From Octopus vulgaris (lineage: Eukaryota), in contig OX597820.1 in NCBI GenBank assembly GCA_951406725.2, forward strand, positions 12,090,001 through 12,154,000: a DNA stretch of 64,000 nucleotides, written 5' to 3'. Numbering within the stretch: the stretch's first letter is position 1; each line of letters begins with the position of its first letter. The notes beneath the pieces are model-generated. The model did no database searches and was not told where the DNA came from. It saw nothing but the letters and a program-made list of their open reading frames with translations. The position numbers and the translations under genes are program-made. Below, piece by piece: positions 14,340 to 27,496 of this stretch.

Positions 14340-15313
14340 TGCACAATATCCGATTGGTACTTTATTTTAACCGCACTAAGGCGATGTTAACATCGGCGGG
14401 ACTCGAACTCGATATATAAAGGACCGGAGCAAAAACTGCATGGCATTTTGACCGACGCTGTAACGATTCAGCTAACCCACCGTTCCTCCTCCTAATAATT
14501 TTCTAATTTAGTTACAAGGCCAACAGTTTTGAGAGACGTGGGTTAGCCGAATACATCAACCCCAGCATTTGACTAGTACAGCTCAGGCGGGTTGAAAAGC
14601 AGAGTTGCCTTGGGGAGTTTTAAACTCAGACGGTAAACAGCCTGGCATTTCGTCAGATGTTTTTAATAATTTTTGTCAGTCTAACATTAAAGTTACTAGG
14701 CCAAACATGTGAGGGGAGGAGGTAATTTGATCGAATTGACAGGCCTCACCAGAATGATGAAACGCAAAGTTGCCCTTTTGAACTCAGAACTTAAATATTT
14801 GTAACTAAATATTATTAAAAGGCATTTTGTCAGATGTAACGGTTCTATCAGTTCATCCATCATAGGCATTAATTTATAAATTTGAGGTAAGGTAATGTAT
14901 GGTTGATTACAATGAAGCCAATAAAATAGATTTCAAATTTTGGCTCAAGGCCATCAAGTTTCGGGGAGGGGTAAGTCGACTGCATTAATGCTAGTGCTCA
15001 ACTGGTACTTATTTTACCGACCCTGAAAGGATGAAAGACAAAGTCGACTTGAACTCAGAATGTAAAGACGGACGAATTGCCCGTTTCTTTATTACCCACA
15101 AGGGGCTAAACATAGAGGGGACAAACAAGGACAGACAAACGGATTAAGTCGATTACATCGACCCCAGTACGTGACTGGTACTTAATTTATCGGCCCCGAA
15201 AGGATGAAAGGCAAAGTCGACTTCGGCAGAATTTGAACTCAGAACATAACGGCAGACGAAATACCGTTAAGTATTTTGCCCGGAGAGCTAACGATTCTGC
15301 TTGCTCAACGCCC
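14340..15313 (-). mobile_element. Cluster of SINE family B copies (three degenerate, then a nested/dimeric pair at 14930-15313)
   Basis: Repeated ggtacttattttatcgaccccgaaaggatgaaaggcaaagtcgac...gaactcagaac...gctaacgattctgc module. Confidence 0.8.
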
Positions 15314-15341
15314 CAGTGAATCCAGTAATATCAACAACTCT

Positions 15342-15724
15342 GTGGAGGCGCAATGGCCCAGTGGTTAGGGCAGCGGACTCGCGGTCGCAGGATCGCGGTT
15401 TCGATTTCCAGACCGGGCATTGTGAGTGTTTATTGAGCGAAAACACCTAAAAGCTTCACGAGGCTCCTGCAGGGGGTGGTGGTGAACCCTGCTGTACTCT
15501 TTCACCACAACTTTCTCTCACTCTTTCTTCCCGTTTCTGTTGTACCTGTATTTCAAAGGGCCAGCCTTGTCACACTCTGAGTCACGCTGAATCTCCTCGA
15601 GAACTACGTTAAGGGTACACGCGTCTGTGGAGTGCTCAGCCACTTGCACGTTAATTCCACGAGCAAGCTGTTCCGTTGATCGTATCAGCTAGGACCCTCA
15701 TCGTCGTAACCGACGGAGTGCTCC
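15342..15724 (+). mobile_element. Full-length tRNA-derived SINE family C
   Basis: A-box-like tggcccagtgg and B-box-like gtttcgatt head; matches the inverted copy at 42578-42935. Confidence 0.85.
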
Positions 15725-16194
15725 TATATTCTGTTGCTGCCGCATCCCTCCTAATACGTGTTTATAGAGCACCTTTATACTTTTACAATTGAGATTGCGG
15801 ATATGAATTCTACTTTTAACAATTTTGTTTTTTTTTTGTAAATGAAAGGGAAATAGGATGTTGTAATGTTTATCGTTATCTCAAATGAAGTCAAACAGAG
15901 ACTGAAATCCGGTCATAAACACGCCTCACCGGGAGCTTACTTTCTGATTTTACCGCTTTTCTTTTTGTTACGAAAGATATTATTTTTTCGCATTAGTACA
16001 AGGTCACATATTTGTAGGGCAGATGTGCTGCCGAGTGAATTTGCCCTGATTCATATCAACTTCGAATTTTAGAGACACTTCGGTCCACTAGAATTCGAGC
16101 CCAGAACCTAGAAGGATGGCATTGAATACTGTATCGTGTTCAGGCCTGTTTTAATTACAATACAAGCCTCTATAACACATAGCTACCACCACTG

Positions 16195-16197
16195 CCG

Positions 16198-16246
<49 letters not shown>

Positions 16247-16378
16247 AACAACAACAACAACAACAACAACAACTACTACTACTACTAATACTACTACTAC
16301 TACTACAACAACTGCTACTACTACTACTACTACTACTACTGCTACAACAACAACAACTACTACTACTACTACTGCTGC

Positions 16379-16469
<91 letters not shown>

Positions 16470-16744
16470 GCTGCTGTCGATGATGATGATGATGATGGAT
16501 GATGCCGATGATAATGATGGTGGTGGTGGTGACGATGATGCCGTTACTGATGCTCTTATAACGGTGGTTAATAACTTAGAATTAGTAATTACTACTACTA
16601 GTGGTATAGAAGCTTTAACTGGTACAAATAGTGAAGCAGTCGTCGTTACTGTGGACGATATCGTAGTAAGTTGTATTAGCTGCAGCAACAGCAGCCTAAA
16701 TACTACTACTACTACTACTACTACCACTACCACTACCACTACCG

Positions 16745-16777
<33 letters not shown>

Positions 16778-16780
16778 TTA

Positions 16781-16826
<46 letters not shown>

Positions 16827-16844
16827 CACTACCACCACTACTAT

Positions 16845-16895
<51 letters not shown>

Positions 16896-16905
16896 CACCA
16901 CCACC

Positions 16906-16937
<32 letters not shown>

Positions 16938-16983
16938 CACTACCACCACCACCACCACTAATACTACTACTACTACTACCACC

Positions 16984-17046
<63 letters not shown>
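16195..17046. repeat. Compound trinucleotide repeats (CTA/CAA/CTG/GAT/CCA)n
   Basis: Direct reading; source of the poly-V/T/S ORFs. Confidence 0.95.
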
Positions 17047-17047
<1 letters not shown>

Positions 17048-18383
17048 AATATATGTCCAATTCGATGGTTATTGTTTCCGAATTAAAAGAAGGAAGGAAT
17101 GTAACCCAATTTTATTAATCAGAGAAGGTACCATATTGTCTGTAGCGATAATGCAGTACAAGTAGAGTTATGTAATCATAACACGCATTTATATTCTGTG
17201 TTGCTATATTCAAACAGTGTAGATTCCAGAGTTAGAGCGACAGTCATGTGCACTGTGTGTCTGTGTGCACGTGTAATAGCGTGCACGTTGGCAAGCGCAC
17301 TGTGAGAGTGCATCGTGTATTTGTGTGTAGGTGTTTCTGTGTGCATGCATACTTGCGTATATTCATTGTTGTAAGATTGGGATGTAACTTAACAGAAACT
17401 TTCAACCTCTGTATTTTTTTATTGAGAACGGGTTTCCTTTTATAATCCCCGCCCATTTTCCTCAACTGCATGGTTTGTTTACAACTGAAAAGAAAGTTCT
17501 GTGAAGAAGATACGAGTTATGTCGATTGAATCATTCTCGCTATTATCCTGGTGCTTATTTACTCGCGGTTGGAAGAATGATAAGGCAAGGTCGAATGATA
17601 AGGCAAAGTCGAACTCAGAACATCTACAGCATCTGGGTTAACAAACGACCATTCTCGGCTCCCACTTCTTTCATATTGATATTTTATTGGCACGGCACCA
17701 AATATTTTTAAAGGACATTAAACAGGAATTTGTCATTATCTTGGTTTTCTCAAGGGCGATGAGATTGATATGAAAATATTACAGATAATTGAAACTGTTT
17801 CGATGTATCATAAATGTGGACCCCGCTGCCCTCCAAAGTCACCCTGACCGCGTTATTATTTATTTCTAACATAGGTACAAGTCAATAATTTTTGGGGCTC
17901 CTGTCAATTATATTAATATCAGAACAAGACCTATGAATTGAGACTCAGCGGGAGCGTATAACATGTGACAAGTTATAAAAATTTTTTGTCTGCATCGATT
18001 CAGTTACCTACTGTGCTCTATAATTACATTTTAATATTTGGTATAGAGTCACAGAATATAAAAAAAATATAATGACTATTAAATTCATATCAAGCGCATG
18101 TACAACGGTCTGTTTAAGAGGTATGCTTCGCCTCCACATAGTTTCAGATTCACTCCCATCCGCGTGGAGCCTTCAGCAAATGTCTTTTACGTATAGCGCC
18201 GGACCGATCAAAACCTTGTGGGGCAAGCTGATAACCAAGAAAATTGTGCAGAAGCCCTTTATATATGAATATATATAACATATATATATTTAGACACAAA
18301 CACATGTGTGTGTGTGTGTATGCATACATACACATACATACGCACACATATATCTGTAAATATACATATATGCGCGTATGTAT

Positions 18384-18418
<35 letters not shown>

Positions 18419-18424
18419 CACATG

Positions 18425-18720
18425 AGTAGTCAGTTACATGGTGCTGGTATTTTATTTTATTAACCACGGAAGGATGAAAGTCAAATATTACCTTGATGGA
18501 ATCTGAACTCAGAACGTAAAGAGTCGCAACAAGTATAGCCGGGCCTTTTGTCCGTCGGTGTAAAGACTCTGCTAATCGACCGCCCACCCAATGACTTAAT
18601 TATTATTTCTAACAGAGGCACAAGGCCAGGAAGTTGTTGGGAAGAGGTTAGTCATTTAAATCGATCATGCAATTGACTGCCGCTTTATTTTCATCGACCA
18701 CAGAAAGATAAAAGGCAAAA
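18425..18720 (-). mobile_element. Degenerate SINE family B copies
   Basis: ggtattttattttattaaccacggaaggatgaaagtcaa...gaactcagaacgtaaag. Confidence 0.65.
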
Positions 18721-19402
18721 TATCTCAACTCACGCAGCACCTACTCGACGCGATTAACATCCAGTGAAATAACACAACACACGTTCCTACATAACCGATA
18801 ACTAACACTAACTAATGCGACTCGCGATCTACACATCTGCAGCCCATTAATGCTACGCAAATCACTCCCACTTATTTTACACAATTACCGCCTGGCACTG
18901 AATGACACTAAATACCGCCAATCACACAACGTTTACGAGATATAATCCTTACCCAATAAAATGACACAACACACACTGAACATTCGTTTTACAGCAAAAG
19001 AATCATTAAAATAGTACAAGATACAAGAAATCGAACTCAACAACAAGGGAAAATTAGTATTCAAACATAGGTCTACATTCCCAAATGACAATGACAACTT
19101 AACAACCCGAAGCTGCACTTAATTTGCAGTAGAAACTCATATAAAAATGTTGAAATAAAAAATAATAAAAATTGCTTTTGTTCTAGGCACATGACCAGCA
19201 ATTTTAGTATGAGAGCATTTATCGATTAAATCAACCCCAGTCCTTCACTGATACTTCATTTTATCAACCTCGAAAGAATAGAAAGCAAAGTTGAACTCAG
19301 AATCTATATGACTGGAAGAAATACCATAAGACATTTCTTCCAACATTCTAATGATACAACCGGATGGCCACCTTTGATGGTTTCTAATTTGAACAGAAGG
19401 TA

Positions 19403-19940
19403 AGGCGGCGAAATGGCAGAATCGTTTGCATGCCAAACAAAATGCTTAGCGGCATTTCGTCCGTCTTTACGATCTGAGTTCATTAGGGTTGACTATGCCT
19501 TTCATCATTTTGGGGTCGATAAGATATGTACTTTTTGGGATATGTACCTTTTTTGGGACTATGCCTTTCATCCTTTTGGGGTCGATAAGATATGTACCTT
19601 TTGGGATATGTACTTTTTTGGGGACTATGCCTTTCATCCTTTTGGGGTCGATAAGATATGTACCTTTTGGGATATGTACCTCTTTTGGGACTATGCCTTT
19701 CATCATTTTTGGGTCGATAAGATATGTACCTTTTGGGATATGTACTTTTTTGGGACTATGCGTTTCATCCTTTTGGGGTCGATAAGATATGTACCTTTTG
19801 GGATATGTACTTTTTTGGGACTATGCCTTTCATCCTTTTGAGGTCGATAAGATATGTATCATTGAGCACTGGAGTCGATGTAATGGACTAATCCCTCTCC
19901 TAAACTCACTGACCTTATGCCAAAATTTGAAATCAATTTA
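19403..19940 (+). mobile_element. SINE family B copy with an internal 65-66-bp minisatellite
   Basis: Head ggcggcgaaatggcagaatcgtt at ~19404; repeat units start at 19491, 19557, 19623, 19689, 19754 and 19819; SINE tail resumes at ~19861. Confidence 0.85.
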
Positions 19941-20130
19941 AGTAGAAGGTTAGTAATTTCATGGAAAGGGCGGTAGTCGACTAGCATTACATTTTATCGA
20001 CCCCCAGGGGGATGAAAGTTGACATCGATGTAATTTGAACTCAAATGGTAAAGAACCGAAACCAATTAGACAAAGCAATTTTTCCGATGCTTAAACGATC
20101 TTGATTGGCTGCCTAATACTGAAATTATTA

Positions 20131-20201
<71 letters not shown>

Positions 20202-20219
20202 TTTGTTGTTGCTGTTGTT

Positions 20220-20260
<41 letters not shown>

Positions 20261-20355
20261 TAATAATAGTAAGGTGGTGAGCTGGCAGCATCATTAGCAT
20301 GCCAGGCAAATTGCTTGGCGGCACTTCGTCCGTCCTTACGTTATTATTATTATTA

Positions 20356-20679
20356 TTGAGTGAGAGAGCAGTGCATGCCATCAAAGTGACACTGGGGTAA
20401 AATATACGAAGCCCAGTATACCCATCATGACTACCTGTCTGATAAGGGTACACCAGGAACATGCATCACAACCATATGTGCACGACATGGTGATCTCATA
20501 TTAAGATAAACAGCACAAGGCTTTGCAGGTGGGGCCCAGTTAGAATTTTCTTCAGCTCGAGTAATCCCTTCCGCTCAAAAGGTCCCTGAATAAGGTTTGT
20601 TTAAGGATGATAAACGAAACACCTATGTTTCCAAAGGTGAATTATCCAAACCCCAAAGAATCCCTCTCAACACATGGCT

Positions 20680-20684
<5 letters not shown>
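20356..20684 (-). mobile_element. Unclassified (AAT)n-associated retroposon, 5'-truncated
   Basis: Inverted match to 20932-21225; flanked by (AAT)n on both sides. Confidence 0.7.
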
Positions 20685-20746
<62 letters not shown>

Positions 20747-20748
<2 letters not shown>

Positions 20749-21224
20749 GTCCTGATTCGAAGTGTTATAATGTACATTGTTTTGTCTTAGTATAAAAGAT
20801 GCGATACAGCAAATATTCTGCTCAATACCACAGATTTACTTGTCAGTTGCTTGACCTTAACCAGTTGAGCATGTCCCTTAGTGGCTGACGATATGTGCAT
20901 CTCTGATCACGTGCAGAAGTAGTGGGGGAGCATCATAGCCATGTGTTGAGAGGATTTCTTTTGGGTTTTGATAATTCACCTTTAGAAACATGGGTGTTTT
21001 GTTCAACATCCTTAAAGAACCCTTATTCAGGGACTTTTTGAATGGGATGGGATAGCCGACCTGAAGAAAATTGTAACTGGGTCCCATCTGCAAGGTCATG
21101 AGATTACTATGTCGCGCATATACGGTTGTGATGCATGTGACTGGTGTACCCTTATCAGACGGGTAGTCATGATGGGTACACTGGGCTTCGCATATTTTAC
21201 CCCAGTGTCACTGCACTCTCACTC

Positions 21225-21225
<1 letters not shown>
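20747..21225 (+). mobile_element. Unclassified (AAT)n-associated retroposon, longest copy
   Basis: Ends ...ctctcactc-aataataat; shares this 3' end with the copies at 20356-20684 and 21990-22122. Confidence 0.7.
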
Positions 21226-21257
<32 letters not shown>

Positions 21258-21472
21258 CCTTTCTACCTTTGGCACAAATTTGGAGGAGGGGGACAGTCGA
21301 TTACATCGACCCCACTACTCAACTGGTACTTAATTTATCAATCCCGACAGGATGAAAGGCGAAGTCAACCTCTGTGGAATTTAAAATCAGAACGTAGCGG
21401 GAGACAAAATATTGCTAGGCATTTCACCCGGAGTGCTAACGATTCGGCCAGCTCGCCACCTTAATAATAATG

Positions 21473-21533
<61 letters not shown>

Positions 21534-21930
21534 TTTCAAATTTTGCCAGAAGGGCAGCCATTAAGGGGGGGGGATGAGTCGATTACAGCGACCCCAGTGT
21601 TTCACTGATACTTATTCTATCGACCCCGAAGGGATGGAAGGCAAAGTCGACCTCGGCAGAATTTGAACTCAGAAAGTAGCGACAGACGAAATACCTATTT
21701 CTGTTTCTTTACTACCCACAAGGGGCTAAACACAGAAAGGACAAACAAGGACAAACGGATTAAGTGGATTATATCGACCCCAGTGCGTAACTAGTACTTA
21801 TTTTATCGACCCCGAAAGGATGAAAGGCAAAGTCGACCTCGGCGGAATTTGAACTCAGAACGTAGCGGCAGACGAAATACTGCTAAGCATTTCGCCCGGC
21901 GTGCTAACGTGTCTGCCAGCTCACCGCCTA
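21258..21930 (-). mobile_element. Three SINE family B copies (nested/dimeric pair at 21530-21930)
   Basis: Same module as 53010-53242. Confidence 0.85.
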
Positions 21931-21958
21931 ATGGATGTGTAGTAGTAGTAATAATAAT

Positions 21959-21989
<31 letters not shown>

Positions 21990-21994
<5 letters not shown>

Positions 21995-22122
21995 ATCACC
22001 ATGTCGCGCACACACGGTTGGGTTGCATGCGCCTGGTGTACTCTTATGAGACGGGTAGTCATGATCGGTATAATGGGCTTCGTATATTGGGCTTTGTTGG
22101 CATGACCTGCTCTCTTACTCAA
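21990..22122 (+). mobile_element. Short 3' fragment of the (AAT)n-associated retroposon
   Basis: tgagatcaccatgtcgcgca...gacgggtagtcatgat...ctctcttactcaataat. Confidence 0.65.
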
Positions 22123-22479
22123 TAATAGCGAAATTCTTGCTTGAAATCGAATTATGGTTCAAACAATAGCAAAATTCTCGCTTGAAATCGAATTATAGTT
22201 CAAACACCTTAAGTTCCAACACAAAGCAGTAACAGAAACTGAGATACTGATGGCATATAGACCAACTCGATTGAATAACCATAAATGTATACCTTTACTG
22301 ACAAATACTTCCGTAAACTCAATGCTTAGTATATGAATAAAAGTCTAACGTTGACGTAGATTAAGAAATTCAGATTGAATATTAGGGATACAGAAGCAGG
22401 AATCCCCACTACTTATGCTAAAAGAAATTCTTTCAATACAGACAACAAATATCGCCCGTTTGGTGTATTTTCTGAAAAA

Positions 22480-22866
22480 AGCACGCGTGCCCTTACCGAA
22501 GCTTTCAAGGAGAGTCAGCGTGATACAAAATGTGACAAAACTGGCCCTTTGAAATATAGGTGCTACTCATTTTTACCAGCTGAGTGGACTGGAGCAGCGT
22601 CAAATTAAATGTCTTGTTCAAGGACACAACGCGTGGCCGGGCATCGAACCCACGACCCTATGTCGGTGAACTGAATACTCCTAAACACTAAACCACGTGC
22701 CTCCACAGGACATGTAAACTAGCTTTGAAAAACAAACGTAAGAATCAATAACAAAGCTGCTTAGGTGTTTCGCTTATAAACACATACATCGCCCGGTCTG
22801 AGTTTCGAACCCGCGATCCATCGACCGCGAGTCCGCTGCTCTAACCACTAGGCCATGTGACTCCAC
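22480..22866 (-). mobile_element. SINE with D head/body and C tail (22480-22706), plus a family C head fragment (22760-22866)
   Basis: Body shared with 40150-40300; tail shared with 42660-42740. Confidence 0.7.
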
Positions 22867-23016
22867 ATACATACATACATACATACATACATACTAGTAA
22901 ATTGTGTCAATGTTTCTGTGTGAATACACACTCACATACAAACACATACGCCCAAATACATGCATATATAAGTTATAAATACATATATATATATATACAT
23001 ATATGTATGTGTTTGT

Positions 23017-23064
<48 letters not shown>

Positions 23065-23159
23065 ATGTGAGTGTGTATTCACACAGACACATGTATATGT
23101 ATTACTAAACATCAGCTGCAACATTCGTAAAATAACCTTTTTCAGCGCTTGGAAACCTC

Positions 23160-23700
23160 AAATTGAAGTAGATGATGGCTTTACTTATCTAGACAACGTA
23201 AACGGATACAGGGAAGGGTGCTCTGTAAAGTAGTAGTCACAGTAAGAACAGGATAGAAAAAGTTCACGCAACAATTATCTTTTGCTAGCAGAAAGAAATT
23301 CTCTCTCTTTGAGCAAGGGGTTTATTTTACGTTGCTTGTGTGCGAAGTGCGATACGGTATGATAGTGAGACGTGGGCATTGAAAGCAGAGAATGTGCTAA
23401 GACGAGATAGAAATGAAGCAAGTATGCTCCACTGTATACCACTGCATGAATGACGTGGTATATAGATTAGCTAATAAATAAACTGGGTACAAGAGGAATC
23501 TGTTGTAGTATGCAAGAGAGAAGTTTGCGTTGGCGTGGAGATGTAATGCATATGGATGATAATAGATGGGTAACGTAATAATAAGTGATCCAAGTGGAAG
23601 GAGAGTACAAACGACGAAGGCTGATCTTGGTATCTTGTAGCTAACGAAAGGGATTTCAAAAGAAAGCAAAATTGTGAGACGGTGGGTTCGAAGGAATCTG
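23160..23700 (+). pseudogene. RTE-clade LINE relic (RT C-terminal region)
   Basis: Translates with disruptions to F.YL... and ACVRSAIRYDSETWALKAE...RNEASML, resembling the RTE 'LYGSETW' region. Confidence 0.7.
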
Positions 23701-23770
23701 TCCAATCAATACAAGCATGAAAATGAGGCCGGAAAAATATTGATGATAGTGTTACACGCACACACACACA

Positions 23771-23802
<32 letters not shown>

Positions 23803-23954
23803 TACACACACTCGTATATAGATACGTGTATATATATATATATATATATAAATATACTACTAACAATATAGGATGAAGTCCCTTTCTCTACAGAAAAGGA
23901 TTCCATCAAAAAGCGTGGCAGTATATAAAAAAAACCTTTACGGTTGAAGTATAA

Positions 23955-24119
23955 ACATCTTATAATTAAGGGCTAAAGAAGGTTATTCTAAAGCCAATAC
24001 ACTGATTTATCCACTTATAATCCACTTGTTACAGGAAAATTTTCCTGTAACAAGTGGATTATAAGTGGATAAATCAGTGTATTGGCTTTAGAATAACCTT
24101 CTTTAGCCCTTAATTGTAA

Positions 24120-24124
<5 letters not shown>
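23955..24124. repeat. 170-bp spacerless palindrome
   Basis: 85-bp arms centred on caggaaaa|ttttcctg (24039/24040), with one mismatch. Confidence 0.95.
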
Positions 24125-24157
<33 letters not shown>

Positions 24158-24162
<5 letters not shown>

Positions 24163-24726
24163 TAAGTCATTACATTGCAGCCATGCTGGAGCACCACCTT
24201 CAGTCGAACAAATCGACCCCAGCACTTATTATTTGTAAGCATAGTATTTAGTCTATTTGGACCCCTTTTGCCGAACCGCTATGTTTACGGAGATGTAAGC
24301 ACACCAACATCGGTTGTCAACCGATGGTGGGGAGACAAACACAGACACAGATATATATATACGACAGGCTTCTTTCAGTTTCCTTCTACCAAATCCACTC
24401 ATTAGGCTTTGGCCGGCCCGAGGCTATAGTAGAAGCCAGTTGCCGAAGGTGTCACGCAGTGGCTCTGAACCCAGAACCATGAGGTTTGGAACAAGCTACT
24501 TACTACACAACCACTCCTACGCCTATATATATATATACCTTTTACTTGTTTCAGTTATTAGACTGAGGCCATGCTGGGATACCGCATTGAATTTTTGTTC
24601 GAATGAATCAGACCCAGTACTTATTCTTTCGGTCTGTATTACCGAACCGCAAACACACCAACAACTATGTTGAAACGGTGGTAGGGGGACAAACACGGAT
24701 AGAAAGACACGCACACATGCACGCAC

Positions 24727-24777
<51 letters not shown>

Positions 24778-24950
24778 GATAGATATACACACATCTATAC
24801 GACGTTTCTGTCTATCAAATCCACTCATAATGCTTTGATCGGCTCGAGGCTATAGAAGAAAGAATTTGTCCAAGGTACCACGCAGTGGGACTGAACCCGG
24901 AACCATGTGGTAAGGAAGCAAATTTCTTACTACACAGCCACGCCTGCACC
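24158..24950 (-). mobile_element. Two tandem SINE family A copies
   Basis: Homology to 43838-44280. Confidence 0.8.
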
Positions 24951-24969
24951 TAAATATAAATATAAATAA

Positions 24970-25104
<135 letters not shown>

Positions 25105-25147
25105 CACACACACACGCACACACACAGTCACACACACACACACACAT

Positions 25148-25800
25148 ATAGGAGGTACTGAGCACACGGTTTGAGAACTTTTAGATGAGGTAGTTATGAC
25201 TGCTCCGGATTATTCTAATCGTAGTATGTCATTTCTCTACATGACCTGCCTCCTTTTGTTATTCCAGATTGAAGGAGACGACAGTAACACCTCTTTGAAC
25301 ACACCCTGCTAAACACTGATTGCCACAGCTGACTAGTTTGCACAATACTGTTGGGAGGTGAAAACCATTTGGAAACCCGCTATGCAATAAAGTTTGCCGC
25401 TAAACTGGGCAAAATTGCTGTAGAAACTGAAATACACTAAACAGTTTATAGATTTGAATTATAGATTTGAATTTTCGCGCCGGGACAAGAGGCCAGGCAA
25501 AGCAAATCCACCAAGAAGCTCATAATGATCCCGTTTTCAACAGCAAGGATATCATCTGAATCCAGTGGATACTCTTTAGCCAGATTCTCAACAAAGAGTA
25601 CTTTGGAGCTTCTGAGGGAGGTCAGCGAGAACTTTGTCGCAAAAGTTCAGAGCACCAGAATGAGGACAATGCATTAGTTCAGAATTCCGCCCTGGTAACC
25701 AACTGAGTCATGGTGATGGGTGTCAACACTATCTATACACTCCTTAAAGTCCAGGCCTTGTGACTTATGACTTTTACTTGTTTCCCAAGATGAAGGAACT
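25148..25800 (+). mobile_element. Internally deleted mariner-type transposase relic
   Basis: Fragments LETRYAIKFAAKLGK and ARQSKSTKKLIMIPF, a DNA tripeptide, and a degenerate YSPDLAPxDFYLFPKM region. Confidence 0.7.
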
Positions 25801-26088
25801 TGGATATCTTCACTTTAGAGGACTTTCATAGATGGAAGATCCTACTTTTAAATAAACATACGTAGATATACTTACACATATATATTTAGAGACAAACATG
25901 TGTGTATGTGTTTGTGTAAGTAAAAATGTATGTATATGGCTTTTTTTTTTAACTTGTTGAGCTTGGAGGAAATGGCCAAGACCATAATTCTTGCAGACAC
26001 TCCGAGACTGGAGAGATCAAAACCGTTTACTGTTAATGCGTTTCCGTATATAAGTGTGTTGTATATTATATTTGTACGTTTGTGTGTG

Positions 26089-26122
<34 letters not shown>

Positions 26123-26366
26123 TACATAGTGTGTTTTTGTGCGTAGTCCATTCTCTGTCAGCTACATGATGAGCACTCAGTTGGTCAACCAACTGGTTTT
26201 CCTACTTAGCAAATTAAGGTGTTAGTGGGTGTGTTCCTTAGACACGTGTATACCTGACAAATTTATTTGGTCAAAACAAAAAAACAGCATAAGAAAAAAA
26301 CCGGTCTTTCGAAAAACCTCTCTCTCTCTCTCTCTCTCTCTCACACTCTCTGTATACATACATACA

Positions 26367-26427
<61 letters not shown>

Positions 26428-26433
<6 letters not shown>

Positions 26434-26787
26434 TAATAAATAAAATATATGCATACATACAAACATATATCTACGTCTTACATCTACATGTATATATACA
26501 TGCATATATAAATATATATACGTGTGTACAAGACACCACAAATAGACGTAGAACTCAACGAGAATCGAAAAAGTAAAAACAGCATGGAACGGACCATTTT
26601 TTTTAACAACGAAAAAACAGAGTACAAGACAACTACACAAGGAAAAATCCCCTTCATCAGCTGTCCCTTGTTCAACTCCAGCGTGTTTCACACGTATATA
26701 TGTTTATATATGCATGTATATATACATGTAGATGTAGGTTCGTACATATATGTTTGTATGTATGCATATATTTTATTTATTACACTA
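26428..26787. repeat. ~97-bp inverted repeat with ~165-bp spacer
   Basis: tagtgtaataaataaaatatatgc...atacgtgtg (26429-26526) is the reverse complement of 26689-26787 with a few mismatches. Confidence 0.9.
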
Positions 26788-27213
26788 TTGTATAACTGAG
26801 CGCCCTCGCGTCGATTCGATTCGATTCGTTTCGTTTCGTTTCGGTCTTCCTCTTCTCTAAGCTGGTTTATATATATATAGATGCAGGCGTGCTTCCTAAT
26901 CACATGGTTGCGAGTTCAGTTTCACTGCATAGTACCTTCAGCGAGTGTTTTCTACTGTCGCCTTTGTCCGACGAGAGCCTTGTGAGTGGATTTGGTAGAC
27001 GCTACCTGAAAGAAACGCGATGTATAAGGGAAATTATAAGGTTATTTTGGACGCTAATTGACGAGGAATGAGCACGTTTATATCTCGTGTGTGTATTTTC
27101 TGTCCGTTGCGTCGGTTTTCAGATTGTTTTTTGAAACTATACATACTTACATGTCTTCCTAGGTAAATATCTATCTCAGTTTCTATGTGGGTGTGCATGT
27201 GTATATAAACATA

Positions 27214-27276
<63 letters not shown>

Positions 27277-27441
27277 ACATATATATATATACAATTCATA
27301 AATAAGGGCAAACGAAAAAAACTTCAATGCCAAATATGCCGAAAAGTTGGACATATTGTCCATTAACCATTAATTTTTTCACAATCCGCACGCTACTCGA
27401 AAAAAGGCCGATAGAAATTTCTAAAAAATTCCATTATTACC

Positions 27442-27496
27442 ATATCGGACCGATTTCAGGGTTAGCTTATAACAGCCCTCCCTTCGTCAGTGATAC
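27442..27496 (-). ncRNA. Minimal type I hammerhead ribozyme motif (slightly mutated)
   Basis: Minus strand: gtatca-CTGACGA-aggg..ccct-GAAA-tcg-GTC-cgatat; stems I and II pair; stem III probably derives from ACCGGT. Confidence 0.7.

Noticed and set aside
15342-15420. tRNA gene
   Set aside because: A tRNA-like SINE head that continues into a repeated body; no clean cloverleaf.
19491-19860. CRISPR-like periodicity
   Set aside because: The units are near-identical throughout, with no unique spacers; SINE-derived and eukaryotic.
22124-22206. 41-bp direct repeat, two copies
   Set aside because: Ordinary local slippage duplication.
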